Below are positions 24,030 to 37,200 of a stretch of 64,000 bases of DNA, one piece after another. How positions within the stretch are numbered: the first letter of the stretch is position 1; each line of letters begins with the position of its first letter. The position numbers and the translations under genes were made by a program. This stretch comes from Squalus acanthias (lineage: Eukaryota). The stretch is from NCBI GenBank assembly GCA_030390025.1, contig CM059425.1, positions 177,198,001 through 177,262,000 on the forward strand. The letters run 5' to 3'. A model generated the notes under the pieces. It saw only the letters and a program-made list of their open reading frames with translations, was not told the origin of the DNA and ran no database searches.

Positions 24030-25130
24030 CATTCAGGGGAACCGGATTCTGATGAGCCACTGATGGCCAGCCCGACTGGAACGGGAATCTGCTACCTGCC
24101 TCCTCTTCCTCCTCTTCCTTCTCCTCCTGAGGTGGTCGCGGAACCCATAGTGGCAAGGGCTGCGCCCTCATGATGGCCAAGTTGTGAAGCATGTAGCAGA
24201 CCACCACCCGTTCCAGTGTGTACTAGAGGGCTTCTCCGGAGCGATCAAGGCAATTGAACCATTGCTTGAGCATCCTGATGGTCTGCTCGATGACGTTCCT
24301 CGTGGCAGTATGGCTGTCATTATATGAGTGCTGGCCACGAGTGGTGGGGTTGCGGAGGGGAGTCATCAGCCAGGTATAGAGCAGATAGCCCTTTTCTCCC
24401 AGCAGCCACCTCAGGGTTCGACGTGGTGGCTGGAAGATTGCGCAGGATGAAGGCATCATGACTGCTGCCAGGATACCGGGATTTACCATCATGATGTGCT
24501 GGTGCACACCAACTGCACATAAAGTGAGTGGTAGCCTTTGCGGTTGGGGTACATCTCAGCATTGATGTGCAGTGCCCGCAAAGTCACGAGTGTGCAGTCG
24601 ATCGCGTCCTGCACCATGGGGAAGCCCGATATCCTGGAAAAGCCACATGCACGCTGCTCCTATTTCTCCCTATTCAGAGAAAAGACAATGAAGTCCCTTC
24701 TCCTGGAGTACAGAGCCTCAGTCATCTCTCAGATGCAGCGATGGACAGTGAACTGGGAGATGTTAGCTATGTTTCCTGCTCCAAACTGGAAGGATCTGGT
24801 GGTGAACAAATTGAGGGCCCCTGCTAACTTGAGGGCCACTGGCAGCACCATCTTCGCCCTGCTCTCAGGCTGCAGGTCTGGTTGCAGGAGGTGGCAGAGT
24901 TCTGTGACCACCTCCTTGGTGAAGTGGAGCCTCCGAATACACTGCCCCTGGCTTAAGTGCAGGTAGGAGAAATGCTCCCTGAAGACCCCAGGTGGGTAAG
25001 GCCTCCTGCTGAGAGCCCTCCTGCCCCTCCTCCTCCTCCCTTTGTGAGCATCTTGTCCTCTTCTTTGCTGCCTCCTCTCCATCTCCCTGTCATACTCGAG
25101 TGTGACGCGGACTGCAGTTGAGCCCCCATG
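24030..25130 (-). pseudogene. H3 Harbinger transposase, disrupted
   Basis: ALSRRPYPPGVFREHFSYL, AIDCT, YPGSSHDAFIL, WLLGEKGY, WLMTPLRNP, TRNVIEQTI, HNLAIMR. Confidence 0.9.
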
Positions 25131-26684
25131 ACTGGGAGCAAGTGGTGTGTGCAGAACCCTTTAAATGACAGGCAAGGTGTTCTCCACTTGCAGCAACACC
25201 CCCTGTCACCCCACCAACTTTAAACTACTGTAGAAAGCTGCAAACTGTTGCACAAACTTACACAGAGCCAGTACAAAAAGCAAGTCAGCTGCAAGTTGTC
25301 GCTGATCCCTTTAAATATCGCTGGTGGGGGGGTCCTTCCTGCTGGTGAACGCATGTACAGCTGGTCGTGATTTGGAGAGGGCGTTGAATGGAGCGGCGGT
25401 GTCCAACATGGCAAGTCACTGTCAGACCAGCGTTGCACACTCACTGATGTCATGATCTGACTGATTACCATTTTTCTGGCGAATGCAGGCAACGGCTGTG
25501 TTGCTGACCTGCCCAAAATGGTGGCGGCTGCGGGACCCACTGGAAGTGGACGGAAACAAGGCGGCTACCATTTTTTCTCCGAAACTGACCTTATCAGCCG
25601 GCGTTAAGGTGCCGAATTTCATGGCCCTGATGTCTGCACTTTACAACTAAAAAGGTATGAAGGACCAGTTTTTATTTAGCTTCTATTGGGAATTTTTGTG
25701 CTCATTAGCCTTTCTGTTGGGAAATGGGATATTTTCCATTTCACACACCTACTGCCAGTATGAAGTTAGGTATAGCATACTAAAGCTGTACTTTGTCCTA
25801 ACATGCGCATCAGCACAAACTCGGAAGAGTGCTTCCTATTGCATTACAGTGACATTTCTTCATTTCCCATTCCAGCCTCTGAGATTGCCAATTAGTGACA
25901 AATCAGAGGAGGTTTGTTCTGTGGGACCATGCCCACTAGGACATGAAACAAGAAAGCCCAAACATATTTCTAGTGGGATCCTTCAGTCAGCAATCAGAGG
26001 AGACTTTAATCCCATCAGTCTGGGTTAAACACAAACTCAAATTACAGAGGTGAAAGGAGAGGCATTATTAATATAACACCTGGAGCTCCCTCACTGTAAA
26101 TTAGATTGAATTTAGGAGGCAGATCTGAATTACATATGTGCACACAGGCAGCTTCAGCAGTCTCCATGGTCTTTCCAACATGTTAATTCCTGACTATTCC
26201 TTAGCTCGGGAAAAAATATTTTTTTCAATTTTCCTGTGTGATATGAGGTAATTTCCTCTCAGCCACCCAGGAAAAGTTCAGTGCCCTGTTGAGCTGATAG
26301 ACTGTTTACACAAAAAGTGAGGAATGCTTTTGCAAACAAAGCTTCTGCCACTTGTTTGATGCATCTGTGGATAGCTGACCACCTGATTTGTGACTGTCAC
26401 TGCTGGTAGCTTGGAAAAATCTTGTGGTGTATAAGTGGAAGTGGTGACCCTCATGTGTTCCACGGTGAAGAAAATGACCAGCTTTTTGAATTCAGTATTT
26501 TCTTACCACCTCCTTGTTGATAGCACTGATTCTTTGTTTGAAACAGACAGAGCCGTGCATGGAAGGCCTAATCTGTAGCAGTAGGCGTCTTAAAGGTGAT
26601 TATTACTTTTAATTGTTAGTTGGATGACTGGATTTTTCAAAATTAATATATTATGTTATCTGCACTATCATTGGTGCATTAAGT

Positions 26685-26960
26685 GTTTAGGACTGAGATG
26701 AGGAGAAATATCTTCACTCAGAGGGTGGTGAATCTTTGGAATTCTATACCCCAAAGGGCTGTGGAGGCTCAGTCGTTGCGTATATTCAAGACAGAGATCG
26801 ATAGATTTTTGAATACTAAGAGAATCAAGGGATATGGGGATAGTGCAGGAAAGTGGAGATGAGGGAGAAGATCAGCCATGATCTTACTGAATGGCGGAGC
26901 AGGCTCGAAGGTCCAAATGGCCTGCTCCTGCTCCTATTTCTTATGTTCTTATGTTCTTAT
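26685..26960 (+). mobile_element. CR1 3' fragment
   Basis: TTCACTCAGAGGGTGGTGAATCTTTGGAATTCT...CTCCTGCTCCTATTTCTTATGTTCTTATG. Confidence 0.9.
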
Positions 26961-27407
26961 GCCCACAGGAGGAGCTGTCCCCCTGCTACAAATGATCCAC
27001 AGGTTAGCTTCCAGGAGATGGATTAGCTATGTGGCAACCTCCTTTGTGAAATGAAGTACAAAGACAGGTCTCCACTCCAGGAAGAACTTCCCAGCTCAGT
27101 AATGTGGGTATTGAGGTAAGGATAGGTGTCTTGCTATAAGCAAAGTACCAGCTGAGAGCAAGTCTGTTGTAATAAACAGAATTAGAAATAAAAGTCTTAC
27201 AATGCAAAAAAATCAAGCATAAACAGCCGCAACATTTAATGCACCAATGATAATGCAGATAACATAATATATTAATTTTGAAAAATCCAGTCATCCAATT
27301 AACAATTAAGAGTAATAATCACCTTTAAGATGCCTACTGCTACAGATTAGGCCTTCCATGCACTGCTCTGCCTGTTTCAAACAAAGAATCAGTGCTATCA
27401 ACAAGGA

Positions 27408-27528
27408 TGCGGAGATGCCGGTGTTGGACTGGGGTGGACAAAAGTGAGAAGTCGCACAACACCAGGTTATAGTCCAACAGCTTTATTTGAAATCACAAGC
27501 TTTCGGAGCGCTGCTCCTTCGTCAGGTG
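27408..27528 (-). mobile_element. 121-bp Penelope pseudo-LTR insertion beginning at a hammerhead motif (27492-27530)
   Basis: ATCAC-CTGACGA-A-GGAGC(AGC)GCTCC-GAAA-GC-TT-GTGAT; 11-bp TSD ATCAACAAGGA. Confidence 0.85.
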
Positions 27529-28170
27529 ATCAACAAGGAGATGGTAAGAAAAATGCTGAATTCAAAAAGCTGGTCATTTCCTTCACCGTGGAACGCAGTG
27601 CGCTGATAATCTTGATCTGTGCTCACCCCCACTGAGGCTCTAAGTAGCTAACAGAGTCTCACAAAGTCAGGGCTATAGTATCATTTTGTCATATTCTAGA
27701 TTACTATGAAAGCCCAGCTTTATGTTTATATGTTAGTAGAGCCAAACAATGGATAGAATCTTTTTTTTTCCTTAGTTGATGTAATTTCATTAGAAAAGCA
27801 GTGAAATATTTAAAAATCTTCAGTGCCTGTAAAGGGTATTAAATGCACTCTTTGTTTTATTTATCAAAGAAACTGGTCTTGCATTCTGAAGACGTTATTT
27901 AGTTGCGTCACGGGTGTTCTAGAGATTAGAAACTGAGCAAAGGCAACCAATTAAAACATAACAGAACAGCTTCTTTCCTAACAAAGTATTGAATTGGAAG
28001 GCCAGCAATTGGCAACAAGATGAAAAAGAGGCGAGGTGTACCTACATCCTTTAACATTACTGCTACTGCATTTCACACACACATGACAAAAGAAACATGG
28101 TCTGATTCATTACTTTATAACATTCACGGTTTCACACAACAGTTGCCTGCCTTTTGCACTTCAGCTCCAT

Positions 28171-28615
28171 GCCATAGTGGTGGCATAGTGGTTAGCACTG
28201 GTGCCTCACAGCGCCAAGGACCCGGGTTCGAATCTGGCCTCGGGTGACTGTCTGTGTGGAGTTTGCACATTCTCCCCGTGTCTGCGTGGGTTTCCTCCGG
28301 GTGCTCCGGTTTCCTCCCACAGTCGAAAAATGTGTGGGTTAGGTTGATTTGGCTATGATAAATTGACCCTTAGTGTTAGGGGGGGATTAAATATGTGGGG
28401 TTACGGGGATAGGATAGGAAGGGATATGTTAGGGGGAATTAAATACGTGGGGATAGGGTGGGATATGTGTCGGTGCAGGCTCGATGGGGATTCTGTGTGA
28501 GAAAGCAGGGACAGGGTACTGGATTTGGATGATCAGCCATGATCGTATTGAATGGTGGAGCAGGCTCGACGGGCCGAATGGCCTACTCCTGCTCCTAGTT
28601 TCTATGTTTCTATAT
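28171..28615 (+). mobile_element. V-SINE (HE1-like)
   Basis: Same head, V-domain and CR1 tail as 8727-9156. Confidence 0.9.
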
Positions 28616-28764
28616 GACTAATATCACTTATAATATGGCAAATGTTGGATTTGAATGTTAATTCCACTAACCTTGAAGAGGGTGCAGAGGAGATTTACTA
28701 GAATGATACCAGGGATGTGGGACTTCAGTTATGTGGAGAGACTAGAGAAGCTGAGATTGTTCTC

Positions 28765-31350
28765 CTTATCCCATCATGTCAATCGCAGTTAAGGCCATCT
28801 CTGACCACTTCCTCATATTGCTCTCCACCCACATCCCCTTTCCCCCCCTCCAACCCTACTTTCTTCTGAGACTGCCACTAGAAAAAACTCTCTCCCAACT
28901 CTCTTACAACTGCACTTACAAAATCCCAACTGTCCAACCTTTGGCCCTCCATTCACCACGACAGTTCTGCAGCTACCGATCTGCTCAACCATACCCTCAC
29001 CACCACCTTTGATGCCCTAGTCCCTATTAAAACAATTACTCTCTCTCACCCTGGCCATTCCCCCTGGTACGGTCCTCACCTTCACTCCCTTAAGTCCAGG
29101 GGACGCAGACTTGAACGGATATGGCGGACAACTGGTTTAGCCATTCACCGCCAGATCTGGCTGGACCACATAAAGCATTATTGGGTCCTGCTCTCGTCTG
29201 CCAAAATTGCTCACTATTCCAGAATTATTGTAGAATGCAAAGATAAACCCTGGCTTCTATTCTCCACTGCTAACTGTCTTCTTAAACCCCTCTCCACTGT
29301 CTCCTCCATCCTCACCTCCGACAACAAGTGTGAGGAACTCATGGACTTCTTTGTCTGTAAGATTGAGACCATCCGTTCAGCTGCCTCTGCCACTTCCCTT
29401 CCTTCCCCTAGCCCACCGGGCCAAACTTCCTCTAAGGATCCCGCTGTCCTAGCCCTGAACTCACATCTTTCTTCAGTTTCTCTCCAATCTCCCCTCATGA
29501 CCTCTCATCTTGTCCATGAGACCCACTTCCTGCTCCCTCGACCCTATTCCTACCAAACTGCTGACTACCCAACTTCTTTTTCTGGCTCCCATGTTAGCTG
29601 ACATTGTTAACGGTTCTCTCTCCTCAGGTACTCCCTCAAATCTGCCGTCATCACCCCTCTCCTCAAAAGACCAACCCTTGACTCCTCCGTCCTTACAAAC
29701 TGCCACCCCCATCTCCAACCTCCCTTCCCTCTCCAAATTCCTTGAACGTGTTGTCGCCTCCCAAATCCGTGCCCATCTTTCCCACAACTCCATGTTTGAA
29801 TCCCTCCAATCAGGTTTCCGCCCCTGCCACAGTACCGAAACGGCTCTCATCAAAGTCACAAAATACATCCTTTGTGACTGTGACAAAGGTAAATTATCCT
29901 TCCTCATCCTCTTGACTTGTCTGCAGCCTTTTACACAGTTGACCACTCCATCCTTCTCCAACGCCTCTCCACCGTCATCCATTGGGTGGGACTGCACTCG
30001 CCTGGTTCCATTCTTATCTATTTAATCGTAGCCAGAGAATCACCTGCAATGGCTTCTCTTCCCACTCCCGCATTGTTACCTCTGGTGTCCCCCAAGGATC
30101 TATCCTTGGCCCCCTCCTATTTCTCATCTACATGTTGCCCCTTGGCGACATCATCTGAAAGCACAGCGTCAGTTTCCACATGTACGCTGACGACACCCAG
30201 CTCTACCTCACCACCACTTCTCTCAACCCCTCCACGGTCTCTAAATTGTCAGACCACTTGTCCGACCTCCAGTTCTGGATGAGCAGAAATTTTCTCCAAT
30301 TAAATATTGGGAAAACCAAAGCCATTGTTTTCGGTCCCCACCACAAACTCCGTTCCCTAGCCACCGACTTCATCCCTCTCCCTAACATCTGTCTTGATGT
30401 GGAGATGCCGGTGTTGGCCTGGGGTGGACAAATGTGAGAAGTCGCACAACACCAGGTTATAGTCCAACAGCTTTATTTGAAATCACAAGCTTTCGGAGCG
30501 CTGCTCTTTCACCTGACAAAGGAGTAGCGCTCCGAAAGCTTGTGATTTCAAATAAAGCTGTTGGACTATAACCTGGTGTTGTGCGACTTCTCACATTTAA
30601 CATCTGTCTGAGGCTGAACCACACTGTTCACAACCTTGGTGTCATATTTGACCCTGAAATGAGCTTCCGACCACATATCCGCGGCATAACTAAGACCGCC
30701 TATTTCCACCTCCGTAACATCGCCCATCTCCGCCCTTGTCTCATCTCATCCACTGCTAAAACCCTCATCCATGCCTTTGTTACCTCTAGACTTAACTATT
30801 CCAATGCACTCCTGGCTGGCCTCCCACATTCTACCCTACATAAACTTGAGGTCATCCAAAACTCGGCTGCCCGTGTCCTAACTCGCACCAAGTCCCGTTC
30901 ACCCATCACCCCTGTGCTCGCTGACCTACATTGGCTCCCAGTTAAGCAACGCCTCAATTTCAAAATTCTCATCCTTGTTTTCAAATCCCTCCATGGCCTC
31001 GCCCCTCCCTATCTCTGTAATCTCCTTCAGCCCCACAACCACCCAAGATATCTGCGCTTTTCAAATTCTGCCCTCTTGAGCATCCCTGATTATAATCGCT
31101 CAACCATTGGTGGCCGTGCCTTCTGTTGCCTAGGCCCTAAGCTCTGGAATTCCCTGCCTAAACCTCTCTGCCTCTCTACCTCTCTTTCCTCCTTTAAGAC
31201 ACTCCTTAAACCTACCTCTTTGATCAAGCTTTTGGTCAGCCGCTCTAATTTCTCCTTATGTGGCTTGGTGTCAAATTTTTTGCCTTATAATACTCCTGTG
31301 AAGCACCTTGGGACATTTTACTACGTAAAGGCAAGTTGTTGTTGTTGTTT
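28765..31350 (+). mobile_element. L2-clade LINE, 5'-truncated
   Basis: [58 protein letters not shown]2-type tail ending (TGT)n. Confidence 0.9.
30395..30597. mobile_element. 203-bp palindromic Penelope derivative; the inversion point lies in the hammerhead motif (30509-30545)
   Basis: ~80-bp inverted arms; 12-bp TSD TAACATCTGTCT (30383-30394, 30598-30609); core mutated to CTGACAA. Confidence 0.85.
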
Positions 31351-31354
31351 TTGT

Positions 31355-31730
31355 CAGAGCAGAGAAGGCTAAGGGGAGATTTAATAGAGGGGTTCAAAAT
31401 TATGATGGGTTTTGATAGAGTAAAGAAGGAGAAACTGTTTCCAGTGGCAGGAGGGTCGGTTACGCAGCGAGTTGTAATGCTCTGGAATGCACTGTCTGAA
31501 AAGGTGGTGGAAGCAGATTCAATAGTAACTTTCAATCGGGAATTAGATAAATAGTTAAAAAGGAAAACATTTGCAGGGCTATCCAGCGGAACAGGCTCGA
31601 GGGGCTGAATGAACTACTCCTGTTCCTATGAAAGATCGGGGGAGTGGGAGTAATTGGACAGCTCTTTTAAAGAGGCGGCACAGGCATGATGGGTCAAATG
31701 GCCTCCTTCTGTGCTGTAAGATTCTATGAT
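31355..31730 (+). mobile_element. CR1 3' fragments
   Basis: EQRRLRGDLIE...TQRVVMLWNAL; two stacked 3' UTR variants. Confidence 0.8.
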
Positions 31731-31849
31731 TTAAATGCGATATCCATTTTAAACAATGAGCACTGTGGTCCTGAAAACTTGGAGGCGGAGGCCCAATAAA
31801 TATCATATCCAAAGAATAAAATGGCAGATGAAAAATATTAATAGCCTCA

Positions 31850-32284
31850 GGAACACGGTGGCATAGTGGTTAGCACTGGTGCCTCACAGCGCCAGAGACC
31901 CGGGTTCGAATCTGACCTCGGGTGACTGTCTGTGTGGAGTTTGCACATTCTCCCCGTGTCTGCGTGGGTTTTCTCCGGGTGCTCCGGTTTCCTCCCACTG
32001 TCCAAAAATGTGCGGGTTAGGTTGATTTGGCTATGATAAATTGACCCTTAGTGTTAGGGGGGGATTAAATATGTGGGGTTATGGGGATAGGATGGGATAT
32101 GTTAGGAGGAATTAAATACGTGGGGTTACGGGGGTCGTGTGGGATATGTGTACTGTGGGGATTAAAGCAGGGACAGGGTACTGGATTTGAATGATCAGCC
32201 ATGATCGTATTGAATGGTGGTGCAGGCTCGACGGGCCGAATGGCCTACTCCTGCTCCTAGATTCTATGTTTCTATGTTTCTATG
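31850..32284 (+). mobile_element. V-SINE (HE1-like)
   Basis: Nearly identical to the reverse complement of 8727-9156. Confidence 0.9.
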
Positions 32285-32649
32285 AAATCTGAGCAGGTAA
32301 TGTTAGTTAGCAAAGTGTGGATGCTGCAAAGATTTTCTCTCAACAGGGTTTGACTTTAGGTGACAATATCGATTCAGGTGTGAGGAGCTCATTGATTTAT
32401 ATCTTCATCCACTCAGCTGCCTCAGTCTCTTGCTGCACCATTACTTACTCAGCCTGAACTTCAGTCCTCTCTTGAAACTAATCTTGAACCTAGAATGTTT
32501 TCTAGCTTCTCCCCTATATTCTCCTTATAAGGCAACGTATCACCTGCTCTCTTGACTCTTTCCAATCCACTTCCTGGTCTGTCAACTACCTATCCTTGGC
32601 TTAGTGCTCACAGCCATTGTAACCAACTCATTCTCCTGAGACATTGGCC

Positions 32650-32796
32650 GAGAAAAGGTCATTGAACTTTTTGCGACATTGCAATCATATCTTGGGAGCT
32701 AAGCTGTTGCCATTCACATGCTCCGCCATCTCTTCCCACTGGCGATGGTGGTGATGCCTGAAGGGTTTCCAGCCCCCTGAGGGGAAAGAGGATGTC
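32650..32796 (-). pseudogene. Isolated Harbinger SANT exon-1 remnant
   Basis: DILFP...QWEEMAEHVNGNSLAPKI*LQCRKKFNDL. Confidence 0.65.
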
Positions 32797-34237
32797 TTTT
32801 ATCCTGTTCACTGTCCAGACTGCTCTCTTACTCTCTGCTCACACCTCCAGCCTCACTACACACAATACTCAGAGTACTCTGCTCCCCTGCTTTCCTTTAC
32901 TCTACTACAATCACTGTATCACACTTACTCACACACTCACCACTATTCTGGCCCTCCCTTACCGACAACTCACATCTGACACACTGTGTACTAGCTATTC
33001 TCCCAGGACAGGTACATTCTCGAAACATCTCACAAGACTGTCACTAACACACTCCCTCTTTCTTGCAGAAGAAGGTTGTGCACAACCTGCTCCAGGAAGC
33101 TGCCAGCATTCCCCTCCGCCACCAGTGTCACAGCTTTTAGTCATCGTGGCTCTGTACGCTTTTGCCTTGCTTCAACTATAAAATTCTCCACAAAACTAAC
33201 CTCTTCAACCTTGCCTGCAGACACCTCCCCAAACTCTCCTCCTAATGACCGCTTTCCTCATTCTTAGGGAGCGCCAGGAGATATAGTCACAACTTCCATT
33301 TCTATAGCATCTTTTATGTAAAAATCATCCCAAGGTTCTTCACAAATGGGTGTATGGAAATCAGACGCCATTTGTTTATAAAGGTGCTATGTAAATTTGC
33401 AGTTAAAAGAGAAAGATACATTTTTATTATCAGAACTCAGTGGAATCATTTATCAGAACTTTGTTCATGGTGAAACCCTTTCCTGGTTGACATGCTGTGA
33501 ATTTTCTGTTTCCATTTCAGATTTCCAGCATTCGTGTTTTTTCGTTTTTAACTGATATTCTTGCAGCTCATCAGCAATTTCATGAGTCAGTACCTTACAA
33601 TTACATCTCATTGTAATTCTATGTGTTTACCCATCTATTGTTGCAGTGTTCTTACAGACTAGAATAACTAGAGGCACAGAATCACTGTATTATGCATTGA
33701 ACTATAAATAAGAAATAAAAAACGATTTTAGATTTTATTTGATTGTATTTTGTTTTTCTCATAGGCTTCTAACTTCCACAGCTTTTGGTTTGCTGTTTGG
33801 TTCTTTTTTCCTTCAGCTGCTTTGACACTGATGCTGGTTTAGTTCAGATTCAGGGACACAAGCATCTGTGAACCAGCTACCAGCATTTACACGGGCAAAT
33901 TCGGCTCCTTTAACCCAATGGTGGATTCGTAGACTGGAATGAAGAAGCCAGATTTAGCTTACCGGAATCCAAACTAGAATGATACTACTACAAAAGAGAC
34001 TTTATTCTTGTTCCATCATGTCCCTTTTTCTTTAGGCCCCCAAGTCACAGCAGGAAAGATCACACACCCATAACAGAGCCTGCTCAATATTCCTTCTATT
34101 CATTTCAATGGAATGAAAATCAGGTAGGCTCCACTACAGGCGTGCGATTCTCCCACCTGATTTTCCTCTGTGCACTTTGCCCAGGTGATTATTTATGCCC
34201 AAGTAAAAAAGAGGAAAATCTGCCATCCCAATGTGAA

Positions 34238-37200
34238 AGGCCGGAATTTTGCCAGCGCGCAGAAGGCGGCTTTGGAGGCGGGTCAGAGGTTAAAGTAGTT
34301 ACGATTGACGGCGGGTTCGGAACCGAGGGCTGGATTTTGCCAATGGGGAGCTTTTGGAGGCAGGACTGCCACTTGTCAGGTTTCAGTCCCGCCTCCATCA
34401 ACTTCAGGCTAACCCACGCTATTTTCCCTTGATTGACGTTGTTAAGCCTGCCCATCGGGCTTAGCAGGCCAATTAAGGGAAAGCCGGTTACAGAGTACGT
34501 CAGCGTATGACGTTTCACCTGTCAAAAATTTTTGACAGCTGATTTGTCATCGTTTGACAGCTCTGTGAAACTGTCAAACACTGACATTCTCTGTAGTTTG
34601 ATGAGGTCATGAAACCTCTTTCTCTTGCAGAAATTAGATGGTTGTTGCATTGGAGAATGCAACGGCCATCTGTCATCTCTACCACGGAGGTGCGAGACTC
34701 TCCGCATACCCAACGATTGAAGCCTGCAGGAAGAAACAAAGGTAAGTAAACTTTTTCTATCACTTTCCACTTACCTCACATAGTCACCTCTTCACACTTG
34801 TACCCATCACTTACCTTCACAGCGCACTTTTGCACCCGCAGCCCTCCGCAGACCCACTACTCGCCTCGGTGACCCTGGTGGGGTTCGGAGCCTTCGGGAA
34901 GCCCGCACTTCTTTGGGCAAAATGGGGATAATCCTCTTATCTGCCTGTTAACTACCTGTTAACAGTCAGTTAAGTGGCTGTAATCCCTTCCCGCCTCCAA
35001 GAAGATGGGACCCGGCGCGGGTCAGCTACTCTGCCATTTTCCTGGCAGTCCCACCTCCATACCCGCCTCCCCAGGGCTGGCAAGATCGCGCCCCGAGTGT
35101 CGGGTCCCCGATTTGCAAATGGACCCGACACCAAGCGGTGGGAAAGGGATTAAAGGCAATGAACTGCCTATGAACAGGTACTTGTGAGCAATTTTCAGGT
35201 TTTTATTTTTAATTTCCAGCTGCTGGCTCAGGTTTCGTGACGTTCGGACAACACGCCAGGTAAGTGAGGCGTGAACACCAGCGAGCTGGAGACTTCAGAG
35301 CTGCAAGTACAGTGTAAAAGCTGCAGTCTTCAATCTCGTCATTTAGAAATCTCTAAGCTTGGTGATTGAGTCATTTGGGGGGCATATTCTGTTTTTAGGC
35401 TGCAAGTCTGTGTTGGGCACTATGGATGCACTCTAACCAGCATTGCTGGATTTTAAAGGCGCACTTACCCTAAACTGTGCCACCTCAAGTTGTCACCACA
35501 ACGACGCCAAACCTTGGTTCAACATAAATTTATTACAAAATCACTATGAACAGAAAGTTTTCAAATAATTATATCATACCACCCAAGTGAGAACCCTTGT
35601 GATAACTAATGTGACATCTTTCTCTTACGCGTGCTTCTACGTTGAGACCCCCCTGTAGCTTCAGCAGATGTGGCGGCAGGCTGCTCACTTCCCTGTTGCT
35701 CCTGCTTAGACGCCTTTGGCGGTCATCCTCTGGTTTTGGGAGCCTTCGACGGCCCCGCCAATGTCTGCTCCTCCTGCGGCTGTGCAGGGGCAGACTCGGC
35801 CATTCCTGTTACCTCAGGCAGAGGCTCTGACCAAGGGCTCGGCAGTGGCAAGGGAGTGTGAGCGCTTGGAGAGGAGCCCCCACTTCCTTGTGCTCGGACA
35901 TCACCGTCCCCCTCTCATGGGTCACCCGCACTTCACTGCTAGCAAGTTGCTGGAGAGCACCTTGCTGCACATCGGTGGGGCCATGAGGACCTGTCTCTGT
36001 ACTGACATTCCTCATGACAAGGACCTCCGTGAACCTCTGGTTTCTCTCCTCAATAGATGCCCATCTATCTTCCATGGATGATCATCTATTTAGAAGTGTT
36101 ACCATGTTCTCCTGAGTCTGGCGATTTATGTGCTCCATGGAGGTTGCCATCCTTTCCATTGCAGCACCTATATTGCCCATAGCGTTCACCACGGCATTGC
36201 TCATGTTTAGCATTGACTCCTCCATTCTCTGCACACTCGCAGTTACCATGGAAAAAAATCCACTCAGAGCCTCCTGCACTTGCTCCTGAAGTTCCAGCAC
36301 GGCTCTCCTTCTGGATGGCCCCAGAGGCTCAGCGTCTATGTGCAGCTGAGCAGAGCTTGGAGAGCCCAGCATCCTCCGACGAGGACTCTCCACTGCTGTC
36401 CCTGCCTCCAACATCTGCTCCTGCTCCTGCTCACCTGTGAGCTGTGATACACCAGGTGACAACACTACTCTATCTCGCACAAAACCCACCGAGGTGTGTG
36501 TCTCTGCGCTGGTGCTGGGTGCGCTGAGTGCTGGTGCCGCTGCTCCCTCAGGCTGGTGGCTCCTCTGAGTGCTCCTGCTCTTCCTCCTGTACACTGGGGA
36601 GCGGGGCTCTCGATGGTCCTGTGGGGGAGTAAATGCACGAGTTAGACAAGTGAAATGTAGGTTGCAGATACATGCTATTGTGCAGATGCTCAGTACTCAT
36701 TCTCTATGAACATCATATCCCATATTAGTCACTCATGATTGCTAAATCAGTGGGTTGGAAAGCAATTCTCTCACCAGCTTGCTGTTCTATGCCTGTCTCT
36801 CCGTCCCCCACTGCCAACTCCTCTGCACCTCCAGCGATCTCCAGGGCTGCCTCCTCAGCGCTCGTAAGGTGAGCCAGAGATGGTGGTCCTCCTCCTGTCC
36901 TCCCCCTCTCCCTTTTATTGTGGGCTCTCCTCTCCTGTAGTGAGGGACACAAGTGGAGTTTGAGAGAGACTGATGGAGTGAGTGTCAAGAATACATGACA
37001 TAGATGCTTAGAGGCACTCTGTGAAGGAGTGAGGTGCACTAACCATCTTCCCTCCCTGTGCATTTTAAGTTGTAGGCATTGCATAAGGGTGTGAGTGTTG
37101 CATATCAAGATGGGGACATGATTCTGTACAGAGAAAGAGAGGGATGGGTGAGGGTGCAAGGGATGTTAGAGTGAGTTGGGATGTGCAGGGGAAGGTTCCC

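Larger units (their letters stand above)
19535..25627. mobile_element. Complete-architecture Harbinger transposon H3 (SANT gene +, transposase -, convergent), decayed
   Basis: TIRs GGGCGTGAAATTGG and CCGAATTTCATGGCCC; flanks TCA/TGA; both genes present. Confidence 0.85.
26457..27594. repeat. About 230-bp inverted duplication (arms 26457-26687 and 27231-27594)
   Basis: GTTCCACGGTGAAG...GGTGCATTAAGTGTT is the near reverse complement of AACATTTAATGCACC...CTTCACCGTGGAAC. Confidence 0.85.

Noticed and set aside
31850..31925. tRNA gene
   Set aside because: tRNA-derived SINE head continuing into the V-domain; no full cloverleaf or terminator (same for 28171, 9156 and 16868)
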